DNA of 64,000 bases from Candidatus Latescibacterota bacterium (GCA_965237525.1 CBDEFO010000004.1:64001-128000), one strand, 5' to 3'; positions 32,080-43,066 are shown, counted from the first letter of the stretch. The notes: generated by a model from the sequence alone, not told the origin. Numbers and translations: made by a program.

Positions 32080-35000
32080 GCGAACGCAACTTACTGAAAA
32101 AGCTACACGTATTCCCGATACGCGCCAAGTGCAGTGGGAGGAGGTCATCCCACAATATCTGCGAGAAGTCGAGCAACAGAACAAAGAATCGGCACGTTCG
32201 CACCGCTTTGCGATGCTTGTTCAGCAACTCCTTAGCATTGAACCCGACTTCATAGAGAACTATAGCAGTGGCATTGAGCAATACCTAAAGGTCAAGCAGA
32301 AGGATCGTATCTTGAAGGGTAAAGCGGATAACCTCTTTGGCAATGTTATTATTGAGTTTGAGAGTAACATTCCGGGAAAACTCTCTGAAGCTGAAGGACA
32401 ACTGTGCCGCTATGTCGCAATTCTCTGGTCACAAGAACCCCCTGATGCCCGTACACCGTACCTGTGCATCGCCACAGATGGGGTCCGATTCGTAACCTAC
32501 TCACCAACGCTCGCTGACACAATCACGGAAGATGTGACGCCTGATGACGTGCGCCTTGAAGTGCTTGAAGAAGCGGATTGGACAAAACTCAAACCCAATG
32601 AGGTTTTCTACTGGCTCGACCGGTATTTCCTGCGCAAAGAGCTTTTGACTCCCAAAAGTGAGGAGATCGTCCGCGATTTTGGTGTGAGAAGCCACGCCTT
32701 TCAAACCACCACGAGCGCGCTTTTTACCCTGTGGCAGGAGATTAAAGGGCAAAGTGCCTTCGCAGTGATTTACGATAGTTGGGAAAAATATCTGCGTATT
32801 GTGTACGGAAGTGAGGTTGCAGGCGATGAACTCTTCGTCCGGCATACATATCTAGCAACCCTGGCGAAACTGATGTCATGGGTGCGCATTAGCGAAATCA
32901 CAAGTTTGCCCGATAACGCGCTAATCGTCCAGATGCTCGAAGGGCGATTGTTCAAGGCTCAGGGCATAGAGAATTTCATCGAGGAGGATTTCTTCTCGTG
33001 GCTGGCGCGCCTAAAAGACGAAAAAGTCGGAGTTGACGTAGTGCGTTGGCTATTCAGCCTCTTACAGAATTACAATCTGCGTGAACTCTCAGAGGATGTG
33101 TTGAAATCGCTGTATCAAGAGTTGGTGGACCCCGAAACACGGCATGACCTGGGCGAGTTCTACACCCCCGATTGGCTGGCACATCGCATCGTCCACAAGT
33201 TGCTCGATGCCAATCCGCGCGGCGCGTGTTTTGATCCTGCTTGTGGTTCAGGAACGTTTCTCTATCTTGCGATCAGAGAAAAGATTGATCGACTTAATCG
33301 TTCCTTATCCACACTAGACCATATTCTTGACTCAGTATATGGCGCAGACGTTCACCCGCTCGCGGTCATCGTTGCCAAGACAAACTACATCCTTGCCCTT
33401 GGGGATTTGCTCAAGAAGCGGAAAGGTGCAGTCACTATCCCGATTTACCTGACAGATACGATCAAATTGCCCGAACGATGGTCAAAGACTGAGACCGCAG
33501 ACTACCTAATTACAATCAATGATCGTCCTATTCATCTACCTGAAGCACTGCTCAGTAATTTCGACCCAGCGATTGAACTGGCGAAAGAGTTTGCACAGCA
33601 AAATAGAGGTAAACCTATCTCTACAGAAGAGTTCCGCAACTTTCTCACAGTACAAGGTTTCCGCGATGTTGACCATATTGAGAAGCTCTTTGCCCTTACC
33701 AGCGTGCTGAAGGACTTCATTGATACTGACCGTGACACGATCTGGGCATTTGTACTCAAAAACATCTACAAACCGCTCTCTTTCAAAAACAGATTCGATT
33801 TCGTCATGGGCAATCCACCCTGGATCTCATTCCGTTTTATGGAGTCCGACTATCAGAAATTTCTGAAAAGTCAAATCACGCAGGAGTATAAATTGCTCAC
33901 TGGAAGAGGTGAACTCATTACCCAGACGGAGGTGGCGACGCTGTTTCTCATGCGTGCTGCAGATTTGTATCTCAAAAGTGGCGGGACGATTGGCTTTGTC
34001 TTGCCCAGAAGCCTGTTCAGTGCCGACCAACATGATGGGTTGCGCAAACATAGCTTCAAATTTAGTGAAGACGAAGGACAAACACTTTCCTTCCGCGAGG
34101 TTTGGGACTGCGAGAATGTCAAGCCATTGTTCAACGTGCCTGCCTGTGTGTTGATAGCAGATAAAGGTCAGACAGCCAAGATGGAATATCCAATCGCAGG
34201 ACAGATTTTAAGCGGAAAACTCGAACGAAAAAATGCCTCGCTCGAAGAAGCTGAGGAAACACTTACAATAGAAGACACTGAGTTTTCACTTCACACGCGC
34301 GGCAAGCGGTCATTTTGGGCGACGGGCACTGCTGTGTCTACATACACAGAGAGCTACTATAAGAAGCGGTTCTTGTTGGGTGCAACGATTTTCCCACGCT
34401 CCTTCTGGTTTGTGCAAGTGCAACCATCACCGCTTGGATTCGATCCAAATCACCTCCGCTGGAAACAGCCGACCGAGCAAGAAAGGAGGCTAAGGAAGCG
34501 TACAAAAGTGTGTTTTTCAGGGATACCGTTGAAAGCCGATTTCTTTATGCGACGCTTCTGTCCACCGATTTGCTCCCGTTCGGGCATCTTGATCATCGTT
34601 TAGTCGTGTTGCCAATTGAACCGGAAGGAGACCACTACAGACTTTTTGATGCAAACGAAGCACATCGGAGAGGCTTTCTGAGTCTGGAGCGATGGCTTGG
34701 GAAGGCGGAAAAAGAGTGGAACACGCGGCGCGGATCAAAGGCAAGTCGAATGAAAGTCTATGAGCGACTTGACCGATTTCACGGGCTGACGACACAAAAT
34801 CCACAAGCTAAATATCGGGTAGTTTACAACACTTCAGGCACACATCTGACGGCGGCTGTCGTCGAAGACGAGCCAATCGAGTTTGAAGTCAATGGGCAGT
34901 ATCTCACGGTACAGGGATTCCTTGTGGATTATACGACTTATTATTATGAACTAACCTACAGCCATGAAGCTTTCTACTTAGCAGCTGTTCTTAACGCGCC

Positions 35001-35289
35001 TGTAATTGATAGGCTAATCAAGCCGATGCAGAGCCGTGGCTTGTGGGGACCGCGTCACATCTGCAAAAAAGTCCTAGAACTTCCTATCCACCAGTTTCAT
35101 ACAGCTAATCCCGTCCATTGCAAGTTAGCAGAGTTGGGTGAAGAATACAGCACCAAAGTGCAGCAGTGGCTCGCAAGCGGTGGAAAAGGTAAGATCAAGA
35201 GCATCGGCAAGTTGCGCGGGATCGTGCGAGAAATGTTAAAGGACGAATTAGAGGAAATTGATAGGATGGTCAAGGAGATTCTTGTATAA
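32063..35289 (+). pseudogene. Type IIG-like restriction endonuclease-N6 methyltransferase fusion, frameshift near 34450
   Basis: N-terminal ADNL...IIEFE..ATDG nuclease-like part, GEFYTP, DPACGSGTF and GNPPW motifs. C-terminal recognition region continues in the 34510-35289 frame. Confidence 0.8.
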
Positions 35290-35307
35290 ACCAGGATCAA
35301 ACAGTTA

Positions 35308-35574
35308 TGAAACCGACATTTATACGAAATATTCTGGCAAGTGGAAACTGACTTGTGCAGTTTCCTCTACCGGGAGTTTAAGGTGTTTAGTTCAGAAGCA
35401 GAAGTGAAACAATATGGAATGAGACCTGAGAAGGAGTTCAACGGAGGAGAAGCCATTGAAGTGAGAGCACAGGACGCTTATTACTTTAAATATCGCGGCG
35501 CTTGCAAGGTAAGAGAAATTGATGGCTTCCCAGTCAACTTGTCGAACAAAATCTCAGGATCGCGTGCTGTGTAG
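35308..35574 (+). CDS. Small hypothetical protein or remnant
   Basis: Short ORF directly after the R-M gene. Confidence 0.35.
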
Positions 35575-35586
35575 ATAAAATATGAC

Positions 35587-36726
35587 TCAGCTCTGCCGAT
35601 AGACCCGCCCGCCCTTGACAACCGCCACGGGCACGAGCTTCTGCTTGCCGATGCGCATGTCGCCGTCCGTGTCCTGCAACTGGAATTCGCCAGAACGTAA
35701 TTCGAAGACGACCGCATCGCCCCATGCTCCGACCGAGAGTGTACCGATTTTATCTGGCATCAAAATTGTCTGAGCAGGAACAGCCGTAACCTTCGCGATC
35801 GCGTTGTCGAGCGTCAAGCCCAGACGGAGAAACTTGGTAACCACCGTCGCCAGGTCGTAGACGGGACCGTCTATGTTGTAAATGTGCAGGTCCGATGAGA
35901 TAGTTTGAGGCTCGACTCCCTGCTCCATCGCTCGTTCAGCAACCTTCCAGTTGAACGATCCTGCGCCGTGCCCAACATCGAAAACAACGCCGCGCTCCAT
36001 CGCCTCACGCACCGATTTTCGCACTTGACCATGATCGTCCAGGATGCCGCACGCCATACCGTGGAAGCAGTGAGTCATGATGTCGCGCTCGCGCATAACG
36101 GCTAAAATATCGTCAATCGAGGCGCACCAGGCATCCTGCGGATGAACCATGATGGGCAATCCGGCCGCGCCTGCGGCCTCGCGCGCTCGGTGCAGGGGCG
36201 ACATCCCTGACTTCTCGCTGACGATGAGGTTCTTTGTAAGTCGAACCTTCACACCCAGAATCACATCGCGGTGCTTTTCTATCATCTGGCACGCTTTGTC
36301 CACATTTGCGTACTCAGGGATTTCGAACTCACCGATTTCGACGGTCAGCATCCCCTGTGACGAAATGTTGAGCTGCGCCAGGATACGCGTTCCGCTCACC
36401 TCAATCACATACTTGCGAAAGCCCGGAAAGGTGTCCGCTCCCGCAGAACCTGCGTCGACCACTGTGGTTGCTCCCTTAGCCAGACAGGTAGGGTCAGGCT
36501 CGATGCCGAAGTGGCTGACGCCGTAGAACACATGGACGTGCAAATCGATCATCCCTGGCGTGACGATGCGACCACTTGCGTCCAGCACCTCGCGCGCCTC
36601 CGTCTTAGACAGATCATCATCGACAGCGGAAACGACGCCATCTGTAAAAGCCACGTCCTTTTTCGCGTGGAGCTTCAGTGCAGGGTCGACGAGCGTCCCG
36701 CCTTTGACAAGCAAGTCATAAGTCAT
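35587..36726 (-). CDS. Amidohydrolase/deacetylase-family metallohydrolase (dihydroorotase-like)
   Basis: PGMIDLHVH, GATTVVDAGSAG, THCFHG, FDVGHGAGSF, ISSDLH. Confidence 0.9.
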   Translation of the reverse strand: MTYDLLVKGGTLVDPALKLHAKKDVAFTDGVVSAVDDDLSKTEAREVLDASGRIVTPGMIDLHVHVFYGVSHFGIEPDPTCLAKGATTVVDAGSAGADTFPGFRKYVIEVSGTRILAQLNISSQGMLTVEIGEFEIPEYANVDKACQMIEKHRDVILGVKVRLTKNLIVSEKSGMSPLHRAREAAGAAGLPIMVHPQDAWCASIDDILAVMRERDIMTHCFHGMACGILDDHGQVRKSVREAMERGVVFDVGHGAGSFNWKVAERAMEQGVEPQTISSDLHIYNIDGPVYDLATVVTKFLRLGLTLDNAIAKVTAVPAQTILMPDKIGTLSVGAWGDAVVFELRSGEFQLQDTDGDMRIGKQKLVPVAVVKGGRVYRQS

Positions 36727-36905
36727 GTTTCAACCTCCATATTCGTCTTCTTGTAACGGATGTTTCCTTCCATTGCTGTGCCAACAGCTTAAGCATAAAA
36801 CACAAAGTTGTCAATAAAAATTTGAGGGGATGCTATTTTGAGCAGACATGGGAGGAGCATTCCTACTGCAGAATACTTGTGGTTTTGTCAAGGGGAGAGC
36901 GTACC

Positions 36906-37017
36906 AAAATATCGGAGTTTGCACTACTTGTTTCAAAATTAGACATGAAATAATATGGTTGACTTTCAAGGGTTATAAGAGTAGATTGCACATGGGTTAG
37001 GAATTATTATCTAAGTT
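36906..37017 (+). promoter_or_regulatory. Promoter/attI-like module A
   Basis: AAAATATCGGAGTTTG..., TTGACT(36959)-N17-TAGATT, ends at CTAA/GTT. Homologous to 39695-39842 and 44218-44366. Confidence 0.7.
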
Positions 37018-37038
37018 CTGAATAAAAGGAATGGCGTT

Positions 37039-37947
37039 ATGTCGCAGCATTTTCATCACCTGCAGACCGAGGAATTGTCACTTGTGATTGGGGACAACTC
37101 CGCGCATCAGGACCACCAAGCAGGATACAACGGCATCTGGCAGATCACATCAGTTCACGATTGTCGACCCTTGTTCGTGCCCAGGTATTGCGGTATGAAC
37201 TTTGAGTTTATTGCTCCCTTGTCTGCTCCGCACGCGACGGAGCCCAAAGATCACCCCACAGAATTGCTTGTTGATGACAAACTGCGTCAGGTCACTCTGT
37301 ACCAGACGCCCACCTCCGAGCACCATGTCGAAAGTTGGATGACCTATCGGACGGCAGGCCCTTCCCACGTGGATTGGACTTTCCGCTATCGCCTGCATGA
37401 TTCAGGGGCGTTTCCCACGGAATTTGCCGGTTTCTTCTTTGCCAATTACATCCATCAACCGGAGAACAAGGCTATTTACCTGTTGAGTCGGGATGCCTAT
37501 GACGCGCTGATGTGGATTCAGTTTTGTACGACGTTTCAGGGTCGAGACAGTGCAGTAACCTGGGAGGCCGATTCGTACGATTTGCATTTCGGGCCACATG
37601 ACCGCGGATTGTATACATCACGTGCACCCATTCGGTACACTGTTCCGATGATGTTGGGCCGCCGTGGTGACATGGCGTTCGTATTGATGTTTGAAAGTCC
37701 TCGTGGCGTCGTGATCTCGCACGGTATGGGCGGAGGTGGCTTTGTCGAAGATCGTTCGGACCGTAACCCGGCGTGGGATTTCTTTCTCTATGCGAGGGAT
37801 ACTGCAGAGCATCCAGAAGGACAATGGAACGGCCGACTGGTTTATAAGACATTTCTGGGCCGCGATGAGATCCTGAGTGAGTATCAGGACTTCCAGCGTT
37901 CGTTGGGTCACAACTGGACAATTCCGTCTTATGGACCCGATGCATAG
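37039..37947 (+). CDS. Hypothetical protein, probable beta-sandwich/mutarotase-like fold (cassette-like)
   Basis: 302 aa ORF (GDN...H.AGYNGI, G.NFE, NPAWDF), followed by attC. Confidence 0.7.
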   Translation: MSQHFHHLQTEELSLVIGDNSAHQDHQAGYNGIWQITSVHDCRPLFVPRYCGMNFEFIAPLSAPHATEPKDHPTELLVDDKLRQVTLYQTPTSEHHVESWMTYRTAGPSHVDWTFRYRLHDSGAFPTEFAGFFFANYIHQPENKAIYLLSRDAYDALMWIQFCTTFQGRDSAVTWEADSYDLHFGPHDRGLYTSRAPIRYTVPMMLGRRGDMAFVLMFESPRGVVISHGMGGGGFVEDRSDRNPAWDFFLYARDTAEHPEGQWNGRLVYKTFLGRDEILSEYQDFQRSLGHNWTIPSYGPDA

Positions 37948-38076
37948 TCCGGTTCGGCGTCGGCTACAATACCAAAGCGGTCAAATTTCCTGGGTCAGAC
38001 ATAACAAGGCAAACGGAGGGTACCCGCTTGAGTTCCCGATGTAGGACGATTTCTCAAACATATTGAGATGATATTT

Positions 38077-38139
38077 ACCGAACAACCGGTTACACACCGA
38101 ACGCGGAGGACCGCGCGTGTGAGCCGTATGACGTTATGC
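38077..38139 (+). other. attC-like recombination site 1
   Basis: ACCGAAC...CGGTTACAC...GTGAGCCG...GTTATGC, 63-bp imperfect palindrome. Confidence 0.75.
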
Positions 38140-38161
38140 ATTCTGAATAGGAGGAATTAGC

Positions 38162-39049
38162 ATGCGGCCTCAGATAAGCAGTCAGTGGTGGCAGGTGGCG
38201 GGCAATCCTAATCTGAGACATTACGGAACGCCTCACCAGCAGCCTGTTGATTTCGCGATATGGCAAGCAGAAGACAGCACTTGGCAGCTGTGGTCCTGCA
38301 TCAGACACACCGCCTGCGGCGGACAGACGAGGCTGTTCTACAGATGGGAGGGAACAGACCTAAAGCAGGAGCATTGGGAGCCGAAGGGCGTCGCCATGGA
38401 GGCGAGGGTTGACCTCGGCGAGACGGAAGGCGGCCTTCAGGCCCCACATGTCATCAAAGAGAACGACACGTACTACATGTTCTATGGAGACTGGAATCGC
38501 ATTTGCCTTGCCAGCAGCAGGGACGGAAAATCGTTCGAGCGCGTGTTGGGGAAAAACGGCCAACCCGACCTCTTTTCCGGGCCGTACGAGAACAGCCGCG
38601 ACCCCATGGTTCTGACGGTCGACGGTGTTTTTCACTGCTACTACACGGGGCACAAGGAAGACGCAAAGCCGGCGGCAGCCGTCTTCTGCCGCACTTCTCC
38701 CGATCTCCTCGATTGGAGCGATCCCGTCGTTGTGTGTGCGGGAGGGGCCGCCGCCAGACAAACTGGTTGGTTAGGAAATTGTGAATGTCCATTCGTCGTT
38801 GAAGTCGACGGATTGTTCTGTCTGTTCCGCAATCAGAGATATGGGGTGGACAACCTTAATACACAATACTGCTCGCCTGACCCGCTGAGTTTCGGAATCG
38901 ACGACGATCGCTTTTATGTGGGGACACTGCCCGTTGCCGCACCGGAGATCATAGAACACAGGGGACGGTACTACATTGCGGCATTACTGCCTGATCTGAC
39001 GGGCTTCCGGATTGCAGAGCTCGACTGGGTCGATCAGGATAATGCATAA
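38162..39049 (+). CDS. Five-bladed beta-propeller glycoside hydrolase (GH32/GH43-like), gene cassette
   Basis: PVDF, LQAPHV, SRDPMV, CECPFV motifs. Cassette ends GTTATGCATT / AATGCATAAC are perfectly complementary. Confidence 0.75.
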   Translation: MRPQISSQWWQVAGNPNLRHYGTPHQQPVDFAIWQAEDSTWQLWSCIRHTACGGQTRLFYRWEGTDLKQEHWEPKGVAMEARVDLGETEGGLQAPHVIKENDTYYMFYGDWNRICLASSRDGKSFERVLGKNGQPDLFSGPYENSRDPMVLTVDGVFHCYYTGHKEDAKPAAAVFCRTSPDLLDWSDPVVVCAGGAAARQTGWLGNCECPFVVEVDGLFCLFRNQRYGVDNLNTQYCSPDPLSFGIDDDRFYVGTLPVAAPEIIEHRGRYYIAALLPDLTGFRIAELDWVDQDNA

Positions 39050-39100
39050 CTACTGTTTCCAGCCGATGGCTGGAAGCCGCGCCTGAAGCACACGTTCGGC
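39044..39100 (+). other. attC-like recombination site 2
   Basis: GCATAAC overlapping the stop codon ... GTTCGGC, 57 bp. Confidence 0.75.
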
Positions 39101-39136
39101 ATCAGTAAGATTAGAACTGGCATCCCCCTACAGAGA

Positions 39137-39356
39137 ATGGATCTCTTAATGAATTCGCAGATCAAGATTACACGGAATCCTGTCTTTGACGGGACCATCA
39201 GTCCCTTCATTTATGGTGAATTCGTGGAGTTTATAAATGACCTGATCCCTGGCATGTGGGCAGAGATGATCCGGGATCGTTCGTTCGAAGGGTTTTCGCA
39301 GCCAACGTATTTCTACCGCAAGGAGAAGGACTTCCCCAAGCCAGCATGGCGTGAGA
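39137..39356 (+). pseudogene. Truncated alpha-L-arabinofuranosidase (GH51-like) N-terminus
   Basis: ISPFIYGEFVE...GMWAEMIRDRSFE, cut off by the duplicated segment at ~39347. Confidence 0.7.
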
Positions 39357-39806
39357 TTCGGCCACTTGCGTTCAGCATCTCGCGCGCCTCCGTCTTAGGC
39401 AGATCATCACCGACAGCGGAAACGAGGGCATTTGTAAAAGCCACGTCCTTTTTCGCGTGGAGCTTCAGTGCAGGGTCGACGAGCTGCCCGCCTTTGACAA
39501 GCAAGTCATAAGTCATATTTCAACCTCCATATTCGTCTTCTTGTAACGGATGTTTCCTTCCATTGCTGTGCCAACAGCTTAAGCATAAAACAGAAAGTTG
39601 TCAATAAAAATTTGAGGGGATGCTATTTTGAGCAGACATGGGAGGGGCATCCCTACTGCAAAATTCTTGTCGCTCTGTCAAGGAAAGCAGTGCCAAAATA
39701 TCGGAGTTTGCACTATTTGTTTCAAAATTAGACATGAAATAATATGGTTGACTTTCAAAGGGTATAACAATAAATTGGAGATTGGTTTTCAATCATTATC
39801 TAAGTT
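39347..39806. repeat. ~460 bp direct repeat of 36556-37017 (amidohydrolase 5' end + intergenic + promoter module)
   Basis: Near-identical MTYDLLVKGG.LVDPALKLHAKKDVAF coding fragment and upstream region. Confidence 0.93.
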
Positions 39807-39842
39807 ATGATAACTGAAAGTTATTTTGGTTAACTAATAGTT
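39695..39842 (+). promoter_or_regulatory. Promoter/attI-like module B
   Basis: TTGACT(39748)-N17-TAAATT, then repeated GTT boxes ending GGTTAACTAATAG/TTCGCC. Confidence 0.7.
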
Positions 39843-39875
39843 CGCCTTTGACAATTAATGGGAGGCCTGAGCCAT

Positions 39876-40358
39876 ATGTTTGATATGCTGGTGAAGTTGT
39901 ATGATCTGCCCGCAGTAGAGCCTTCTGTCAGGGGTCTAAGGGAACAGGGGGTAGGTGTCCGTCGCGCGATGTCCTACGAAAAAGCCGAGGTGATCAAATG
40001 GGTCGACGGCAAATTTGTCGGTGAGTGGACAAGTGAAAGCGACGTTGCTTTTAGTAACCATCCCATTTCCTGTTTTCTAGCCACAGAGGAAGGCGAGATC
40101 ATAGGTTTTGCCTGCTATGACTGCACCTGCAAGAATTTCTTCGGACCCACAGGTGTTGTCGAAGAGAAGCGCTCTCGCGGAATTGGCAAAGCATTGTTAC
40201 TGTGCTGTCTACACGCTATGGCGGCAAACGGATACGGTTACGCAATCATAGGCGGGGTTGGTCCTGCTGATTTCTACGCAAAAGCGGTAGGTGCAGTTGA
40301 GATCAAAGGCTCATCTCCCGGAGTCTACCGCGATCGGTTGAAGAAGACGGAAAGCTAA
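39876..40358 (+). CDS. GNAT-family N-acetyltransferase, gene cassette
   Basis: FFGPTGV..E.RSRGIGKALL, GYGYAIIGG. Stop overlaps attC. Confidence 0.88.
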   Translation: MFDMLVKLYDLPAVEPSVRGLREQGVGVRRAMSYEKAEVIKWVDGKFVGEWTSESDVAFSNHPISCFLATEEGEIIGFACYDCTCKNFFGPTGVVEEKRSRGIGKALLLCCLHAMAANGYGYAIIGGVGPADFYAKAVGAVEIKGSSPGVYRDRLKKTES

Positions 40359-40415
40359 CAAGATGCGTGCACGGTACGGTGCTGGACATGCCCACCGTAA
40401 AGCAAGACGTTGGGC
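40353..40415 (+). other. attC-like recombination site 3
   Basis: AGCTAAC ... TACGGTG/CACCGTA stem ... GTTGGGC, 63 bp. Confidence 0.7.
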
Positions 40416-40594
40416 TGGAGGGAAGTCCATAGATGACAGTGCAAAGAACCACACTCTTGATACCAGGACGGAACAAAACTCATTCTATGGAGAAGGAGAG
40501 TTAAACAGGGGGCTCAGAGGCCCGGCGGCGGGCGGATGTCAAATGGCGAAAATGTCTGTTTATTTGATCTATGGGCTATGAGCAGTGAGGACTT

Positions 40595-41722
40595 ATGATA
40601 CGGAGCGCCATCCATTGGCACAAGGTGATATGCCGGCAACCCGGCGACTTCATCGGCTTCCCAACAGTGACGCAGACGGCAGACGGCGAGATCCTGGCCA
40701 TCTTCTCCGGAGACCGTGAGACTCATCATTGCCCCTACGGCAAGAGCCAGCTCATCCGTAGCAGCGATGGAGGCGAGACGTGGTCGGCGGCCGAGACTGT
40801 AAATAACACGCCGTTGGACGACCGTGACGCCGGCATTGTCGCACTAACATCAGGAACGCTGGTCATGAGTTGGTTCGTCACTGACACCCGCGAGGTCCTG
40901 GAAAATTACCGCGGACCCGTACCAAACAAGGCGTGGGGTCTCTGGCCAACGCCAAAGGAGTGGGAGTCCTGGCGGCGGCACTGTGACAAGATTCCCGACG
41001 ACGTCCGAAAGCAGTGGGTCGGAACCAAGATCCACGAACCCTATACCCGACGATCGACTGATGGGGGACGGACCTGGGAAGAACCGGTGCGATCAATCGT
41101 GATGACGCCGCATGGTCCGATCCAGCTAAGCGATGGGAGTCTCCGTTTCGTCGGAATCATCACAGACGAGGGTGGCGAAGGCGCAAGGACTCTGGCTTGC
41201 GCCGCTTCGACCGATGAGGCACGGTCATGGAGCTTGATCGGGACTATGTCCGTAGATAAGAGGTTCGGCGAAACTCACACCTTTAGCGAGCCGCACGCCG
41301 TCGAAGTAGACGACGGGCGGCTCGTCTGTATGTGGCGGCACACCCCGAGCGACAAAGATGCCTCCCAGCATTTTCTGCATCAGTGCGAAAGCGACGACGG
41401 CGGCAAGACATGGAGCGTGATCAGGCCGACACCCATCTGGGGCTATCCGGCCCATCTGCTCCGCCTTCATTGCGGCGACGTGCTGGCCAGTTACGGATAC
41501 CGCCGCGAACCCATGGGACAGCGCGCCTGCTTGAGCCATGACGGCTGCGCCACGTGGGACGTGGACAACGAGATTGTGCTCCGCGACGATGCCACGAGCG
41601 TAGATCTGGGCTATCCCTCGACCGTGGAACTCGAACCGGGGGAGATGCTGACCGTCTATTACCAACTCGTGCCGCCAGATGAGAAGCCCACCCTCGTGGC
41701 GACTCGGTGGTCGCTCGCTTGA
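40595..41722 (+). CDS. Sialidase/BNR-repeat (Asp-box) protein
   Basis: SSDGGETW, STDGGRTW, SDDGGKTW, SHDGCATW Asp-boxes, DLGYPS. Confidence 0.88.
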   Translation: MIRSAIHWHKVICRQPGDFIGFPTVTQTADGEILAIFSGDRETHHCPYGKSQLIRSSDGGETWSAAETVNNTPLDDRDAGIVALTSGTLVMSWFVTDTREVLENYRGPVPNKAWGLWPTPKEWESWRRHCDKIPDDVRKQWVGTKIHEPYTRRSTDGGRTWEEPVRSIVMTPHGPIQLSDGSLRFVGIITDEGGEGARTLACAASTDEARSWSLIGTMSVDKRFGETHTFSEPHAVEVDDGRLVCMWRHTPSDKDASQHFLHQCESDDGGKTWSVIRPTPIWGYPAHLLRLHCGDVLASYGYRREPMGQRACLSHDGCATWDVDNEIVLRDDATSVDLGYPSTVELEPGEMLTVYYQLVPPDEKPTLVATRWSLA

Positions 41723-41790
41723 CCTGAGCGACGCCTACGGTTATATGACTCGGCTCGCCAAGGTCTGGCGCACAGATTTAAGGAGAAGCT

Positions 41791-42822
41791 ATGACTCATG
41801 CAAAGATAGGCTTTGTTGGCTGCGGAACCCATGCCACAAACAACTTGTACCCGATGCTCCGATATGCGAGGTGTAGCCTGGAGACTGTATGCGATCTGGA
41901 TGAAGAGCTTGCGGCACGAAACGCTCGGCTATTCGGTGCATCCTCGTACTACGTCGATGTTGAGAAGATGCTATCCGAGAGCGATTTAGATGGGGTTCTC
42001 GTCGTTGGGCCATCTGAAATGCACTACGAGATTGGCAAAAAGGTACTTGCCTGCCGCTTGAATCTTTTTGTCGAGAAACCCCCTGCGCCTGACTTGAGGC
42101 GGACTCAGGAGCTTGTTGATCTGGCGCGGAAGAATAACGTATTCATCATGGCGGGTTTCGTGAAGCGCCACGGCATGACCTACGCCAAGGTGAGACACCT
42201 AATCGAGACGGGGCAATTCGAACCAGCGATGGGGTTTCTCAAGTACGGACACTGGCCGAACACCGATCTCCGGAGAATGGTTCTGGACATGTGTTGTCAT
42301 GCCATTGATCTTGCAATCAGCTTTTTCGGGGAGGTGTCAAGTGTAACTTCCCACCTTGTCGAATTAAGTCGGACTCTATCTCTGGCCGTGACGCTTCGTT
42401 TCCGGTCAGGAAAGGTCGCTCAACTCATGCTCGACTCGTCGCAGCCCCGGATTCAGGAACGCGTGGAGATCTCCGGGACACTCGACGGGAAGAATGCTCT
42501 GATCGTGGTAGACAACGTTCATCAGTTGGAGGTTCACAGGCAGGGACGCGACGGCATTGATCTCTTGGCTCCGAGTCTGCCAGAAGTGGTTCCTGAGTTC
42601 GATCTGGACGACATACGCGTCTGGCGTCCAGACTACGGAATCCCGAACATGGGGCAGACGCGTCACTTCTTCCAGGGCTTTGCCGGCGAGATCCGAGAGT
42701 TCGTGGACGCAATCCTGGAGAACCGTGAGCCTTACCCCTGTGCTGAAGACGCGCTGAAGACGATGGCTGTCGTTGAGGCAATTGCATCGAAACCGGATGG
42801 AACAACTGAATTTGGCGGATGA
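41791..42822 (+). CDS. Gfo/Idh/MocA-family oxidoreductase
   Basis: IGFVGCG, FVEKPP and D...H.IDL motifs. Confidence 0.9.
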   Translation: MTHAKIGFVGCGTHATNNLYPMLRYARCSLETVCDLDEELAARNARLFGASSYYVDVEKMLSESDLDGVLVVGPSEMHYEIGKKVLACRLNLFVEKPPAPDLRRTQELVDLARKNNVFIMAGFVKRHGMTYAKVRHLIETGQFEPAMGFLKYGHWPNTDLRRMVLDMCCHAIDLAISFFGEVSSVTSHLVELSRTLSLAVTLRFRSGKVAQLMLDSSQPRIQERVEISGTLDGKNALIVVDNVHQLEVHRQGRDGIDLLAPSLPEVVPEFDLDDIRVWRPDYGIPNMGQTRHFFQGFAGEIREFVDAILENREPYPCAEDALKTMAVVEAIASKPDGTTEFGG

Positions 42823-42839
42823 ATGCCAAGATAAGAAAG

Positions 42840-42921
42840 ACATAAGCAGCGCATGCAAATCGACTCCGAGATAGCCACCGCTTCGCGTGGACTCCTCGGA
42901 GCAAGTGATGCGCGTTTCTAT
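42840..42921 (+). other. Degenerate attC-like site 4
   Basis: ACATAAG..GCGCATGCA...CTCCGAG...CTCGGAG..TGATGCGC..GTT. Inner boxes intact, outer cores mutated. Confidence 0.6.
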
Positions 42922-43066
42922 ACTATACTATTAGTGTAATTTCAGTATCCAATATTATCGTCATATTGTGCATAGAAGGTATCAGCATTCGTCAGAGAAA
43001 TAAGATGTATACTTTAGGTGGACATTTTCAATGTCTTCTACCTCTATACCTATAAGAGATTGAATA

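Noticed and set aside
37999..38045. Additional attC beginning ACATAACAAGG
   Set aside because: No complementary right half is visible, so it is at most a remnant and was not counted.
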